Both the position numbers and the translations under genes were made by a program. DNA of 60,743 nucleotides, the filler included, from Sphacelaria rigidula (lineage: Eukaryota): the NCBI GenBank assembly GCA_964200075.2. It is 7 parts of 7 records of this genome, joined end to end, with 100 filler letters (N's around TTAATTAATTAA, not from the genome) between each part and the next. Parts side by side here need not be neighbours in the genome. Positions count along the whole stretch, not along the records: positions 34,769 to 43,360 come from CAXNAA020010662.1; positions 43,461 to 52,052 come from CAXNAA020010663.1; 5 more parts are not named here. One strand, written 5' to 3'. Below, piece after piece: positions 38,601 to 52,030 of the stretch; within the stretch, counting starts at the first letter, position 1; each line of letters starts with the position of its first letter. The notes under the pieces are model-generated. The model was not told the origin of the DNA. It saw only the letters and a program-made list of their open reading frames with translations, and made no database searches.

Positions 38601-39076
38601 AAGATGGATATCTAAACCCAAGATGGATATTCACCATGAAAATCCGTATCCATCTACCATTCATATATATTCATGATTATGCATATCCATGATGGATATT
38701 TCATCACGATGAAAGACAGTGCGGACATACAGACGGACAAACATATACATGTAAACTTCTGTATATAAAGCATACACGATCGTCATGAAACAACAACAGA
38801 CCATTCCTTCCTTCCTTCACATGTTTCACGTAGAGTTACTCACCAACTAACTGATGCCCCTACTTGCTTGTTTTGTGCCGTTGCACGCGACAACAAAACA
38901 AAACAATGACGACGACGACGACGACGACCACAAACAGGGTGTTCTGGGTCGGCCCCCTTCTGGGGGGTGTTCTGGGAACCTTGGTATGGGAGGTTATCCT
39001 GCGTCCCGTTCAGCCGGTGGTAAAGTCTCAGAACAACGGTGCAGAGACTACGGCTGCTGTGACGGGTTCCGTCTGA
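35610..39076 (+). CDS. aquaporin (MIP family, PIP/AQP1-like); 5' exons not found in this contig
   Basis: Exons 35610-35721, 36094-36183, 36344-36488, 37414-37507 and 38938-39076 splice in frame: SGANLNPAVS..YVIAQ|ILGALAGA..GEVLCTFLLILTVFAATD..LPFAIG..HLILIPIDGCSINPARS..DHW|VFWVGPLLGG; two NPA motifs. Confidence 0.95.
38262..38476. mobile_element. MITE with TGT...ACA ends carrying telomeric repeats
   Basis: 37-bp TIRs TGTAATGCGTG(A/G)GAG..C(G)GTGCTTAGAGGACCGC; TSD GTGGT (38257-38261/38477-38481); (TTAGGG)~6.5 at 38321-38360. Confidence 0.9.
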
Positions 39077-40605
39077 GCTGCTGCTCCTGCTGCTCCTGCT
39101 GATGTCTCTTGAATAACCGAATTCAGCGTGGGAAATACACCGGTGAAAATATTTCAACCGACCGTTTTTAGTAATCAGCGGGACAATTTTTGTTGCTGAA
39201 GATACAGTATCGATACTGTATCGATATCGACAGGATGGGCCTTGGTCATTGCGAGGGGCAATGCAACCGTGGCTCTCCGAAGGAGCGTGGTACAGAGGGG
39301 AGGGGGGGTCTGGGCGTAGATGTGTAACAGGGATGTAGAGTTTGCTGCTGAGGGGTACATGTTGAGGGGACGGGCCCTCCAGTTTAGTGCTGTACGGTAA
39401 AGAAAGGTCATGTAGGTGTAAGGAGTAAGGAATCATGTCGTAGTGCCTTGACATGTGCAACTTGTTGCCGATAAGTCATTTCCGCTGTAGTAAAATATTG
39501 TGAAGCATATATATTCTGCATGCATGCGCCTGCCCCTGCAAGTGTTCCCTGGGCCGCTTATTCAGCGACTTCAAGGAGGCGTCACGAATGTTTATGGGAA
39601 GAGATCATGGTGACGGAGATATTACATGCCCTTGCAGGTCTCTCTCTCGAAACGATTCGGTGACTTCGAGGAGGGTTCTATTGGAATATTTAAATGACAC
39701 ATACATACTGAATCTGCGGTACGTGTCATTATGTGCCAGCTCATCAGTTACGTACGAGATTAATCGTAGCGTCGAAGTATTGAGTTGGCAATTGTACAGT
39801 TTTGAGTACGTAGAGTCAATCGTAAGGGTCTGACGCGAAGAGTCTAACGAGAAAGAAAACAGCTTCAGATAGTCCTCCGCTGTCACACTCGTTGCACTGC
39901 GCAAGTGTGATCCACCACCATTCATTGTGCACCCTCTGCGAGTTCTTGTCATCTAGACAGAAGCTGGGTTCCTGTTGCCAACGCAGTTTGATACGTTCTC
40001 TGAAGTGTCACTCTGAAAGCAGACGAGTGGAACCACAGTTCAACTGTTGTTTCTGTCCGTGGGACAGCTGAACATAGTACTGTACTGCACATATATCCTA
40101 TATATGCAGGCAACCCCGCACAAAACAGCCGATCATCGAAATTGAGGATGGAGCTTGTCATCGAGGATGATGACCCGGAAAAAAAATCTTCCCGTTCACG
40201 CCAATTCCACGAAATTATGTTTTTTTCCATCCCTTCACTTGATCTGCTGGTAGCTAGTGAAAACTACTACTACTAGGGCCAAGCGGATGCCTCATCACGG
40301 GCGTCAAGCAGCAGCAAGAAAAGAGCGCGGATGTCTCGTCAAGATTCGAGGAAACGAAGGAGAATTGAGGTTTGGAAATAATTAACAAAATGTTAACGGC
40401 GGGTGAACTCATGTGGAGTGCCATCCGTTACCCAACTCGTCATTTGAAATCTCGGTAGATTTGATGGCAGCACCAAATTTATGGAGTGTAAATAAAATAA
40501 AGCTACTCTCGTTCTGTAATTTCATTGACTCACCCGGGCATTTAGGAAATTATTCAACAGGAGTAATATTGACGAAGATACTGGGATTTAGGCAACATAC
40601 TGTGC

Positions 40606-40860
40606 CGCCGCGCCCCGGTGGTGTATTGGTCCGACTGTCGCCATTAGGGTTGAGAGAACGAGGGTTCGATCCCCGATGCGTTAGTTGTTTTTCCTCGTAA
40701 TATATGATTTCTACCGTGGAAAGCGTGAAACCATATGCAAACAAAGTAGCCGACTTGGTTTGTGTGACGTGAGTTGACGCGGTGCGGGAGTGCTGACCCA
40801 ATCCACGAGACCAAAATGTAAGGCGCGTACCGGGGCGGGGGAGATGGGTTGATCCCTTGA
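40606..40860 (+). mobile_element. tRNA-derived SINE family 2 (3' limit approximate)
   Basis: A box TGGTGTATTGG, B box GGTTCGATCCC; no complete cloverleaf; non-tRNA body follows. Confidence 0.6.
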
Positions 40861-40949
40861 GATCACGGACTCATCCCGAGGAAGTGGAGGGGTTTGAAGT
40901 GCGACATAAAAACAACTGTAAAAAGCTCACACATCCTGTACACTTAGTC

Positions 40950-41940
40950 TTACTAGCAACGAACTAAGTTTTGTCGACAAACTACCGGCTAATTGTTTCC
41001 AAACAACTAGTTGCGCACGGTTCTGAGTGATTACTTGTCTGGAAACAACTAGTTGCAAACAATACTGAACAGTTAGTTGTTTGGAAACAACTCGTTGCGC
41101 ACGAGTTTGGAACAGTAGTTGTTTGTTTGCATCACACCGCATGCTTCTGTCTTTTCCTTTATCCAGGAATAGTTCAGCCTGATTTTTCTGGCCCACTCCC
41201 TGTCCTGCATAGATACGACTTCACACCACTTTTCTACACAGCGTTTTCATTTTCCAACTATATAGCCAACTAAGGTTGGTTGTTTGTCGACGAACTTCCC
41301 GGTAGTTGGTTGGAAACAAGTAGTTGCGCACGATTGTGAACACTTGCTTGTTTGAAAACGACGAGTTGCATACGATTGTGGACAGTGAGTTGTTTGAAAA
41401 CAACTGGTTGTTGTAGACGATTCTAAACAGTTAGTTGTCTGGAAAAAACTAGTTGCGCATGATTTTAAACAGTTGTTTGGAAACAACTAGTTATGTGGAA
41501 GATACCTCTTTGCAGTGACATGACATATCAGAGACTGATGCCACCCATGTATGAAGAACCAGCACAAGCAGGTACAAGGTAGGAACGGTCCGGATAGACC
41601 AGATCAACCAGAACCCTGTAATACCAACGAAACTAGACAATTCGGGATGATGTCAGGAAGAGCCTAATATTAGGACGGTCCAACATCCCCCGAGGAAGTG
41701 ATCGCCTCCGGCGACCACGTCTCGTCTGACCCAACTCCTTGCCTACATATACAAGAGGAAATCATCGTCAGCCTCGGAGCTCCTTCGGCATCAGGACTAC
41801 AGTCTCCCCCGTAGGTCTCTGCCTACTCTAGCGATACGCCTTCCTCACAGTTACGCACGATGCTGAACCGTTAGTTGTTTGGAAAGAACTAGTTGCACAC
41901 GATTCTGAACAGTTAGTTGTTTGAGAAACAACTACCAACT
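40950..41940. repeat. GTTTGGAAACAACTAGTTGCGCACG-type repeat cluster (~33-bp period)
   Basis: More than ten degenerate copies; split by a solo LTR. Confidence 0.75.
41494..41849. mobile_element. solo LTR (356 bp)
   Basis: TGTGGAAG...CTTCCTCACA; GTTA duplicated (41490-41493/41850-41853); removal restores the host repeat AACTAGTTACGCACG. Confidence 0.8.
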
Positions 41941-44900
41941 ATTACAGTTGTACAGGGTGTGGAAGCTTACAACTCAGTGCTCGAACTACATCGAAGATGA
42001 GCCCTGTAGCGACACGTTCCCGAGACTCTCCAACATTGATGGAAGTAGGACCAGCAACGTCTACAGGCGAGACATCGATGGCAGGAGCAGCTCTCATCAA
42101 GTGGGGATCTTGCAGTTGAACAGCTTTTTCATATACTGTATTTGACTACAACCGATCCCGCAGCCGGTTATCTTTTAAGGATGAGAACCCGGAAAAATAA
42201 TATATCCGTATCCACATCAAATCTTCGAATTATGGTTCCATCCCTTCACTTACTGATAGCTATTGATAACTACTCCACACTATGGACAATGAATACAATA
42301 ATAGTCCATTACAACAGCAATATGCGCGGGGGGAAATTTACCGATATGTATATTATCGAACACGATAGATGGTGAAACACATCTATTGATTTGTATTGCA
42401 AGGGACGGTATCTACTACAGATGTTGCATTAGTCGACCGATAGCCTATGGCAAATACAATTATTGATTGATTGATTGATTATGTCACATTATTAGCTGAT
42501 TGCAACAATCAAGCCCGTGGTCAGGAGAAGCAAAAAAAAAACAGAATGATAAAAAGAAAAGAAAGAAGGGAACGGATAACGACAGAAGCAACGGCCTCAG
42601 AAAGGAAAGAACGGGAGCAGCGATAACAACAAAACAACGACACCACGACGACCACCACCAAACAACAACACCAAGAACAGCAAGGATAAGCAACAACAGT
42701 AATGACAACAAATAACGACAAAAAAACGCATACATACACGAACACGAACACAAACACAAACACAAACAATACACAGAAGGTGATGATCTCGCATTACGCA
42801 GCTGATTGCAACACTCCAGCTCGATATCAGAAAAAAAAGAACAAAGTAAAAGAAAATATGCCTAAATATCACTCGCCATCGATGGACATCGTGTACCGCA
42901 GCAGATTCTGGGATATATATATATATATATATGTCGATAGCCATTACCGTAATCAATAGGTTTGGTGAGCCATCCATCGCGAGTCATTGCCGTTATTAAT
43001 ATATCTGGTGAACCATCCATCGATAGTCATTGCCGTCATCAAAAGGTGAGGTGAGCCATCTATCAGTACCTATTATGGTCATCAAAAGATTTGGTGAGTC
43101 GTCTATCGGTAGCGTCTGCCGCCAACAATGCATCTTTTTTATATCCATCAATTTGGGCATTGCCGTCTGTTCGGTAGAGTCTAGAGCTATATGGTTCGAG
43201 CACCCAATGCTCAACCGAAAACGTAGAAGACAATCTCCCACAGCGTACGCTGTCGAAGACGAAGTAACAGAAGCAGAAGTGTATAGTTATCTTTTATTGT
43301 CCAATTCAAATCAGACCGCCCATGGGTAGGAAGGCACACGCACACAAACAACACTGAACANNNNNNNNNNNNNNNNNNNNNNNNNNNNNNNNNNNNNNNN
43401 NNNNTTAATTAATTAANNNNNNNNNNNNNNNNNNNNNNNNNNNNNNNNNNNNNNNNNNNNCTTTGTAGGGATGCGAGGTCAACGATCTTATGACTATGGC
43501 ATGTATGATCATGAGTACACTACCCCTCCCCCCCGGACTCCCCGGAAACCCCCGGATGTCCCTGGAATGGTAGCCGGTGAAACTATTTCGATAGACTATG
43601 CCACATTTGAGGTTCAGAACAGATCCTTTCTCGCTACGCAAAACGCCTGTTTTCATAAACATGTGGATATTAGACATCTGTACAGAAATAGTCCATAAAA
43701 ACCCTAGCCCGTTTTGACCCTGCAGTCAATTGCGTGCAGAGTCAGTATATGTGGTGTGTTACTTCGCTGGACAGAACGGCAAGAAAAATCGTCAAAGAAA
43801 AGTCAGCGTGCAATCGCTCTTCACTGATCACAGCCTACTGCATACTGCTGATGCCTCTGCTTAGTGTTCCGTAACAACACTGCAGACAGTGGGAAGCTAT
43901 GCTGGCAACACGAGGGGGATCAGGCAGGCAGCAAAACCACGAGAAGAGTAAAGAGTATGTAATCTATGCCCATGTTGTCTATGGTTGAATTGTCATTACC
44001 AAAATGAGAAATACGGCTAGAAAGCCAAGTCGTACATTTGTAGTCAACCTGCAGGGGAACAAAGCGACAATTTTGATAGCCGTGATTGATCAGAATGATC
44101 ACTCCGCTCCTCTAAGGCCTCGTTCCTGGCTTCTAATTTTCTGTGGGAAATTTCCACACGACGGACAGCTCACAAGCTACCTGAATATTACTTGGTGTTA
44201 ATGTGCTGATCCGGATCATGAGCTGGCTCGTTTGGCACCTTATTCCAAAGTCGCTCCCTACAGTGCTGGACACCGAGCACGGGAAATAACACGAAGGTAG
44301 CGCCTTGACTTCTCAGGCCCTCCTGTTGCGTGTGTTGTGTTTCTGGACGAGAGGTCTGGGGGTCCTCGTCGACTAGATATTTTAGGTCACTCATGAGCTG
44401 CCCGATGTATGAAAACTTCCAAACACACATGGTTGACTTGGTGAGTTTTTCGACTGTTCTGCGAACGGACCTCCACCCCCCTATCAAAAACCATACGCCC
44501 ACCCCCTGGAAACCCCTGGCTGTCCCTGGACTGTCAGTCTGTGAAACTGTTCCGAGGCGACGCTCACTGTTTGAGGGTTAGCAAGATGTACGGATCACGG
44601 CTCAATGCATGTGCGTCGATGATATATGGCTGTGACAGCCTCAGTCCATGTTTAGACCGTTTCTTCCGGTCGTTTTTTTTTCGGAGGGGGGGGGGGATTC
44701 AATTTCGGGACATTTGACACGATCTTTGGCCCCCAAACAGGAAACATCGCAGTTTGTCCAAATACACAACTGCGGCCACCGCTAAACGTGAAGTTGTCCT
44801 GGAACCGTCTCGACGAGTGTAGCAAGGCATTCCAAGATGTCAACATCCGCCTAGCCCTCTTCTACAGCGTAAACGATGAAGGAGGACCAAAAGGGCAACT

Positions 44901-45089
44901 ATACAGTTTTGTTAGGGCCTTAGACTGGACCCGTTAATACCATCGGTTTAACTATAGCCGGAGTTACACTGGAACTGGCGACGAGGTCGCCAGTTGTTCA
45001 GTTACTTTGAGGTTTGCTATTACCGGCTATTTTTACACCAATTTTAGTATGGTTAATGATAACAAAGATGCTTACTACTTGTACTACTG

Positions 45090-45195
45090 TAGGGCACCTG
45101 TTTTCATGCGGAGGAAATGTGATGAAGACTCGCAACTCGCTGAGCCCCGAGCACGTTGAACTATTGGTTTTCTTGCCCAGCACGTGGCAAGTTGC
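45090..45195 (+). pseudogene. hAT transposase C-terminal dimerisation-domain remnant
   Basis: LFSCGGNVMKTRNSLSPEHVELLVFL resembles the hAT consensus ERxFSxxGxxxxxxRxxLxxxxxExLxF. Confidence 0.65.
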
Positions 45196-46347
45196 AGGGG
45201 AATACGGGGTATCAATTGAGGCGGAGGGCGCTTCGAAGCCGTCGAGGAAATTGTTTGCATCGATGAAGCAGCGATGCACAGCTATACGCTCCGCTATTTC
45301 GGTCGATTTGTACAGCATAGGTCTAGCGTTCTGTGGTTGTACGATGGCACATCAAGAACAGGTTTGCTCTGGGTCATGCAGTCACTAGCTAACTACTTCG
45401 GGTGTTTTCTAGGCGCTTCTTTCCCGTCTGCTTCGTTGGTACCTCGACGTCCTGCTGTTTTCCATCTTCCGACCATAGCGTGTAGGTCGGTGGCTGGTCA
45501 GTCGAGTGAGGAAAATGAAGAAAACAAAAAGAATTGTGAACATACGGTGAGACGCTTGATGCGGAACTGCCCAACACCAGACCCCAATTGCCACTTGCCA
45601 CTTGTATGATGAAAAGTGTTTTCAACATGATGCAGCAGGTGCTCACCACAACACCAAGTGATGAAGCGGATATATGCCAACGTTTGTTATTTCATTGCAT
45701 GACATCCGAAAACCACAGAAATAAACGGTAACCCGCGACTACATATCACAAAGTACACCATGGCTTGCTATTCAGCTACACGCGTGTTTGTCGGTCCGGA
45801 CGTCGAGAATTTCGCACGCTTATCCCCATGTGCTGTCAACCTTGGCTTCCTTGCTCCTTTCCTCCGCTCCTCATGGACTGTCCGCTGCTGCATCCTATAG
45901 ATGACTGATTTTCCAATCGCTCACCGCCTTGAATGAGAGTTTAGTGTCATCCAAGTCGCTCACCTCCTCAATGTTAAGGGTCACAGTTTTCACAACTATC
46001 CCCGATGTATTAAGAGAAAACAAGCCAAGTAACGCGTTTTTCTTGCCTCCGGCCGCCCATTAACTGAGAAGACATCTACGTACTGGCCGCTGGCCCGGTC
46101 AGCTTAAACTTACATGAGCAGAGCTGCCAGATCACAGCTCTAAGTTATTTTCTCTGTTTGCCATCAGAAGCGACCTCCTATCGAAATAAAAGACTATACG
46201 TTGACTATTTTCGTTAATATCTGTGATCTGCTGAACGGGCTCATTTCTTGGCAGTACAGAGTCCGCCCTGCCGATCACGTCGATGTTAAAGATCTACCAA
46301 CTGTAGGTGGTATACCCCGTCATGTAAATCACCTGGGGGTGTTATAC

Positions 46348-46719
46348 TTCGTCATGTACCACCACTAGCGTCCCTGTTTCGGCAACCAGCCTTGCCTGTA
46401 TTTCCCAGTCTCGCATCCTGAGTGGATGAGGATCATCTGCATCATCTTGTGCGATCCTCCCGTCGTCCCAATCCTCCTGGCTATACTTGTTCACTGTGCT
46501 TAGTAGCTGTGTCCGCTTCTGCTCCCTCTCGGTCGCGGCATGATTAGCGCTTGCAGCACCAACGGTCGCACTTGTTCTATGTTTACTGATGATGCCTAGC
46601 GCTCGACTGCCGAATGTAGTGCCCAAAACGGAATTCGAGGATGTCAATAGCACTGAAAGGAACGACAGTAGTACTCGTTGCCGCTGGAGACGCATGCCTG
46701 CCATTTTGTACGTGTGCAT
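46348..46719 (-). CDS. probable first exon of a signal-peptide protein, function unknown
   Basis: 125-aa ORF with basic then hydrophobic N-terminus (RQRVLLSFLSVLLTSSNSVLG), ending at a possible donor GAA|GTATAA; no intact downstream exon found. Confidence 0.4.
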
Positions 46720-47309
46720 CCCTGTGTTACGCCGGCCGCTTGCCTATTTTTATTGCAATCGTTACGCCTCCGTATTTTTGTAGATCATGACAAATGTCGC
46801 GATGGTTTTCAAGCTGCATAGTTTACCCCCATGGCGCCAGAGCAAACCACACCAGGCCGTGAGTGTGACCCACTTTGAGAAGGATTGCAATAATATTAAT
46901 ATATTATCACAGGGAGGGGTGAAGAATAATAGACGCTTTTGAGTAAATTGAATGAAGTAGAGGACGAGGGACAGTGGAGTTTCTCGATGAGTGGTTCTAT
47001 ACGATCCCCCCTCGCGCCAACCACCTCGATAATATGGAGCTGCCAGACTGCTGCTCTCACTGATGTATCGCTTTCAAATGCAACCTCCCCGAGGCAGCGC
47101 ACATCACCGTGATATCATCGCCTCTTTACTTTAAATATTTAACGGCTTCTCAAAGACTACATCAACTATACTCCTTCGCTAAAGTCCGATAACATATCGG
47201 AAATGTTCACAAAAAATGCCTCTCATTGGCTTGGCTTCAGTACGACGAACTGCTGAGTGCCAGCTGCAGGGTGAAGACGAAACCAAGACCAGTGAAAATC
47301 ACACTGCTA

Positions 47310-47528
47310 CGAGCTGGGCCAGCTGACGGTGATTTTTTTTCATCCGTCGTTAAGGTCATATATTATGCAGTACATTTTTTTCGTTGATTTTCTTTATTCA
47401 GCGGCGGTGCCGTGTGGTACCAGGTTGGTCTGCACTTCACAGCGATATGATTATGTCGCGCAGATTCGGAAAACTTGAGAAGTTGTGATGTGGAAAGCGA
47501 ATGCGGGATTTACTGCTGGCCCAGCTCG
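47310..47528. mobile_element. Tc1/mariner-type MITE
   Basis: TIRs CGAGCTGGGCCAGC / GCTGGCCCAGCTCG flanked by TA; the same end occurs at ~8145-8170. Confidence 0.8.
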
Positions 47529-48227
47529 TACCTATATTTTGTGATTCGAAAACAATGTCAGCTGTTAAAACAGAAGATGGGCGTTGCGCTTGTACAAATT
47601 TGCATGTGATGTGTGCTCTTGGAAGAGGTAGCTTTAGTCAAGGTTCGTAGTTTTAGGTCAACATGATCGTGATTTCATACTTCATCGAGTTTGCTGACTC
47701 AACCGTGCGTTGTTATGTAGGGGTGATAAATAACGTGACACTAATTCAGGGGCAACACCGGAATTCCCATCTGCATGTAGGTCGCCCTACCCCCAACATT
47801 TCTCCTGCATTTGTGCACCTTTTGGCTCTTATCCTCTCAACGGTGTCATAGTGCACACCGGGCGAATCTTCGTGTAGCGTGAGCTGAAGGCCGGGGAACA
47901 CTCACCTCGGATGATCCATGTATATATTATTGTCGCTGCCCGTGCGGCAGATGACAATCGGGGCGCGAAATTGTTTTATTTCAAATGGGTGGTCTGCACC
48001 TGTTGTTCGATAACGGTCTGCAATCTGCGGTGCTGCGTGTCATGCACGCAGTAGTACACCCATGAAGATGTTCTGGCTGTGTCGAACCGCATTCTGGTTC
48101 GCGACTTGGACGCGCCCCTGGGCGCCTGAGTTTTCCGTGCAATGCGCCCCGGCGCCCGTAGAAGACAGTATTTTCAATACTTGCAACCAAGGTTTCGCCG
48201 TCCACAAGTCGGCGGGTGTGGGAGAAA

Positions 48228-51200
48228 ATGGGAAGAAGCATGGGGCTAATGGTCGCGCTGTATGCTCTATCCTCCGTCAATATAGCCCATGCTCTATGTG
48301 GTCTACCACTGATATCGGCTGAGACCACCACGACCGATCTCCCCATTTCGGGGTGTTACCAAAAAAGTCCCTACATGGGCCTGTACGAGACACCAGTCTA
48401 CACCATCGAAGGGCGAGATGTTGCGGATACGGGAACCACAGCCATTCTGGCAACGAACGTGAGCTTTCCTCCTCGTGGAGTCGGGTGTGGCGATCAGCTC
48501 ACTGTGGGTGCTGTACTGCGCTACATCCCGTAGGGACTTGTGCATACTGTCCTTCTCAAGGCTTTTCTCGGGTGTTCTTAAATTGATGGTGTTATTCCCG
48601 TCGTGTTTGATTCGGTTCGCCGCTGTCGGATTGGGCACGCACGCACTTAATTATGATGGGAAAGGTGAGGGGGGCACCCAAGTTTCGGTGAAAGTTATTG
48701 TTGTGTAGCGAACCTCCGTGTGTGACTCTTTGAGACTGTCTCACCAGGGTCATTGCACCGTCCGTCGAGGTTGGGTTACGCATCTCTGCACCTACCGGCG
48801 GCTTCATGTGCCATTTTCACTCGACACTTCATTCACCGTTGTTGGTCGCTGCCGACGACAGGAATACTCGGACAGCAGTGATCCAACCTGGGCCATCGGC
48901 TCGGTGATTTCATTGCCCACCAACTCTTGGTCGGACGGCTATAGCGCAGGACTGGACATTGTGAGGGTTGTGTGTGTCAGTAACTCCACGTTCTGGCAAG
49001 CTACCGACCCAGACCCGACGGATGTGGAGATATGGAAATGTGAGCGCAACCACTGGTCGTACCTGGTGCTACGTACTCCTTTCTGCAGCGGTCTCATGTC
49101 AATTGCTCGGCTACGTATTGTAGTTACCTGTGCCCACCGTTCCAACTTCAGGAAACGAAGCCAAACTTTTTCGTCGATTTGTTGCAGTTTCTTCCTACTC
49201 TTCGGGGCCAACAGCATTACGTAAACACCCCCCCTCCTTGTTCTACAGGAGTCTCTCTCTAGTTACCCCTAGCCAAATTGCACGCCAGCTGAATAGCGGC
49301 GCTGTACTCCTTCACCACATTTCTCCATCCGCTTCGCCTCGTATCGATCGCAACTAACGCTGTGTCCCCGAAGGCGATACAAATGGGGATGGGATTTTAT
49401 CCCTCGAGGAACGCGGTGATTTTGAGAAGATGAAATGTGGTTGTGCAGAGTCCGGTGCCGCTACCCCATCTCCTATCGTCGTGGAAGCTACACCGTCTCC
49501 GATCGTCGTAGAAGGACCCGCTACAACGACGCTCGCCCCCGTGCCGGCTGTTGTACCTACATCAGCCCCGGGCGCTGTACAGCCGCCGATGGTGAGTTCA
49601 ACATGCACAATTTTTAGCATCCCGGTTGGGTTTTATTCTGGTTCGAGGTGACAAATCGGTTCAAAACGTTGTCGGTACACGTTGTAGGATTTCTCTAATC
49701 GATTTGTTAGCTTTATCTACTCTTTGTGCTGTACTTTTTCAACTGAACATTCTTTACGTTCTTGCATGTAGCCAGATGTATCCTATGACCACCGCTAAAT
49801 TCGTAGTATAGGATAAGATGATGTGAGACGATCAATCATCAAACACTTTAAGGTCCCTTAATATCGACACTGCTTTTTTCAGATATCTCAGATTTGTTTT
49901 AGAGATTTCGGACTGCGTCCAGACTTCTCCGAAAATAGAGCTACTCATATTTTCCTCCGAGGCTTCTTCTTTGGATGAGTCCGAAAATTCGAACTGCAAC
50001 GCAGCACTCCCGAGAGCTGCCTTGTCAATACGCCGTGGCGCTTGGAAGCATCCGAGAATCATCAGGTACCTGGCCAACCCGACGGTTTCAGAGATCTCCG
50101 AAAAAGCAGTGTCGATAATAATGGGCCTAATGATGCCTACATTTTGAGTTGCGATACACGTGCCCAGCGTAAAACCAGAAAATAACGGGGGCGGTCTGTG
50201 TCTTGACGATGCTTAGTTAACTGTACAGGGGAGAGCTGTACCATTCTTGTACCACTATTCAACCCAATTCCAAGTGCTGTGTCGTAACATGAATAAGGGT
50301 TCCGATGGTGTGCAGGAAACTTATTATGCAGTCACTGGCTTCATGAGTGCGCACATTTCTGTTGGTTATGATTGAAAAAGCATCCTGTAGAACACTCTGC
50401 TGACACGGGAACATCCTTACAATATTGCACCCCATTACCTGCGATCCTTCACACCGTCACCTCGAGGTAGGCCGTGCCGGCCACACTGGCACCATCGAGC
50501 TTTTCTGGGCCCATCGCGCAGGCGGCGAGAGAGTGTAACCTTACTCTGACGTCGGAAACCTTGAGTGACGCCCGCGGGTGCTATGTTGGAACATCGAGCT
50601 CAAATGCAAGAGGACGCTGGGTACAGCAGAATACGCAAGCTACCATATACTGGAAGGTATATTATACAGCGTTGCAAAGAGGCGTAGACTCCCAACTACA
50701 CCGCAGTCGTTGTCTGTGTAGTCGGTTTTTTGTCAGCTCCGTGCTTGGTTACCTTCAAAGCCGCAGTATATTTACAGCTTCCCTCGTTTACTCAAGTATC
50801 CTTCTGGTCGTCTTGTGTTAAACTCATACGCGGTTGATCCTTGCTTGGCTATGTTTTGTTGGGTACAATGAGTACCAATCCCATGACATCCAGACAATTC
50901 ATTCTCGACGGGTGCACTCCATAAAACTAGACAGCAGTAACGTTCTTTTCTGGGTTGCGTCATCCGAAAGCGCGGCAACGATGGTTGGATACATATTTTT
51001 ATGGCAGTCGTCGTACTACCGGAGTGCTGACTCAGTGCTCGACAATGCAGCACAAGGTAGGCACAGGGTGATAAATTGGTTGATCCCTTGAGACTTCGGA
51101 TTCGTCCCAAGGAGGGCGGGAGTACCATCAAAAGAGTTTTGGCAGAAATGAGGTTCAGCCGGAAACAGCGATTTCGCTCACCATACACTAGGTATGACCA

Positions 51201-51740
51201 ATGACTTTTTCTCCACCTAATGCTCGCGCGATCGATAGTATTTAAGCTGATGTCACTGAGTCTGTAAGTACACGCATGACACTGAGCGAAAGCGAGTCTC
51301 GCTGCTGATTCCATCACGCCACAAACCAGGTAAAAAGACTGTTTTGCTTGGCGCTGTCGATGTACAGAATTTGTGGAAGCCGCTGAAGAAGTATCCACGC
51401 GGTCGAGGGGCCTGAGGTCGAAAACAAGCCATTGGCCATGACTACTTTCAGGTCAGGGAAATCCCAGTTCGGCGTCAAACCTCAACCGTAAAAGGTACTC
51501 TGTTAATACACAGAACAATGAACTACTGGACGAGGAAACCTAACACCATCCATGTTGTATGCATAGGTCTTCTGTACTGATATCTGAGCGCTGCATTGTG
51601 ACTTGATCCCTGGCAGGAACCCGAAAGCACGGATGAGATCGGTCTCTGGATCATCGAAACAGGAATTGCCGGGATCCGTTGCATGTGTGACCAAGATGTC
51701 GACAACCCGTCGGAAATAGACCCTCCTGCACTCTGGAAAT
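48228..51740 (+). CDS. secreted/cell-surface protein with a duplicated Cys/Trp module, EF-hand-like loop and P/T-rich linker; 3' incomplete
   Basis: Exons 48228-48458, 48862-49039, 49374-49591, 50471-50656 and 51617-51740 splice in frame with GT-AG ends; signal peptide MGRSMGLMVALYALSSVNIAHA; DTNGDGILSLEE. Confidence 0.85.
49852..50127. mobile_element. Tourist-like (PIF/Harbinger) MITE in an intron
   Basis: TIRs GG(T/C)CC(C/A)TTA(A/T)TATCGACACTGCTTTTT; TAA duplicated. Confidence 0.85.
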
Positions 51741-51977
51741 GTGAGCACTGCGACAGGAAGTTGCTACCCCTGCGATCTATGCAAGGTTTTACAAATGGTC
51801 ACTACGCGAGGACGGCGACGCTTTCACGTTCGTAATGCTCACGTGCGGAACGCTCAGTGGACGATACGAGAGACGAAACCCTCCACGCCGAGGGCGACTC
51901 ACGATCCGTACCGGTTGGCCCCTTAGTACTATCGTGCGGTAATTTTGTGGCGTAGAGTCGTATCGCACGAATCACAA

Positions 51978-51978
<1 letters not shown>

Positions 51979-52030
<52 letters not shown>
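51979..52030 (+). repeat. (TTG)n microsatellite
   Basis: About 17 perfect units. Confidence 0.95.

Noticed and set aside
42484-42977. Hydrophobic membrane-protein-like ORFs (also 27357-27780)
   Set aside because: They arise from T-rich, low-complexity retroposon 3' regions.
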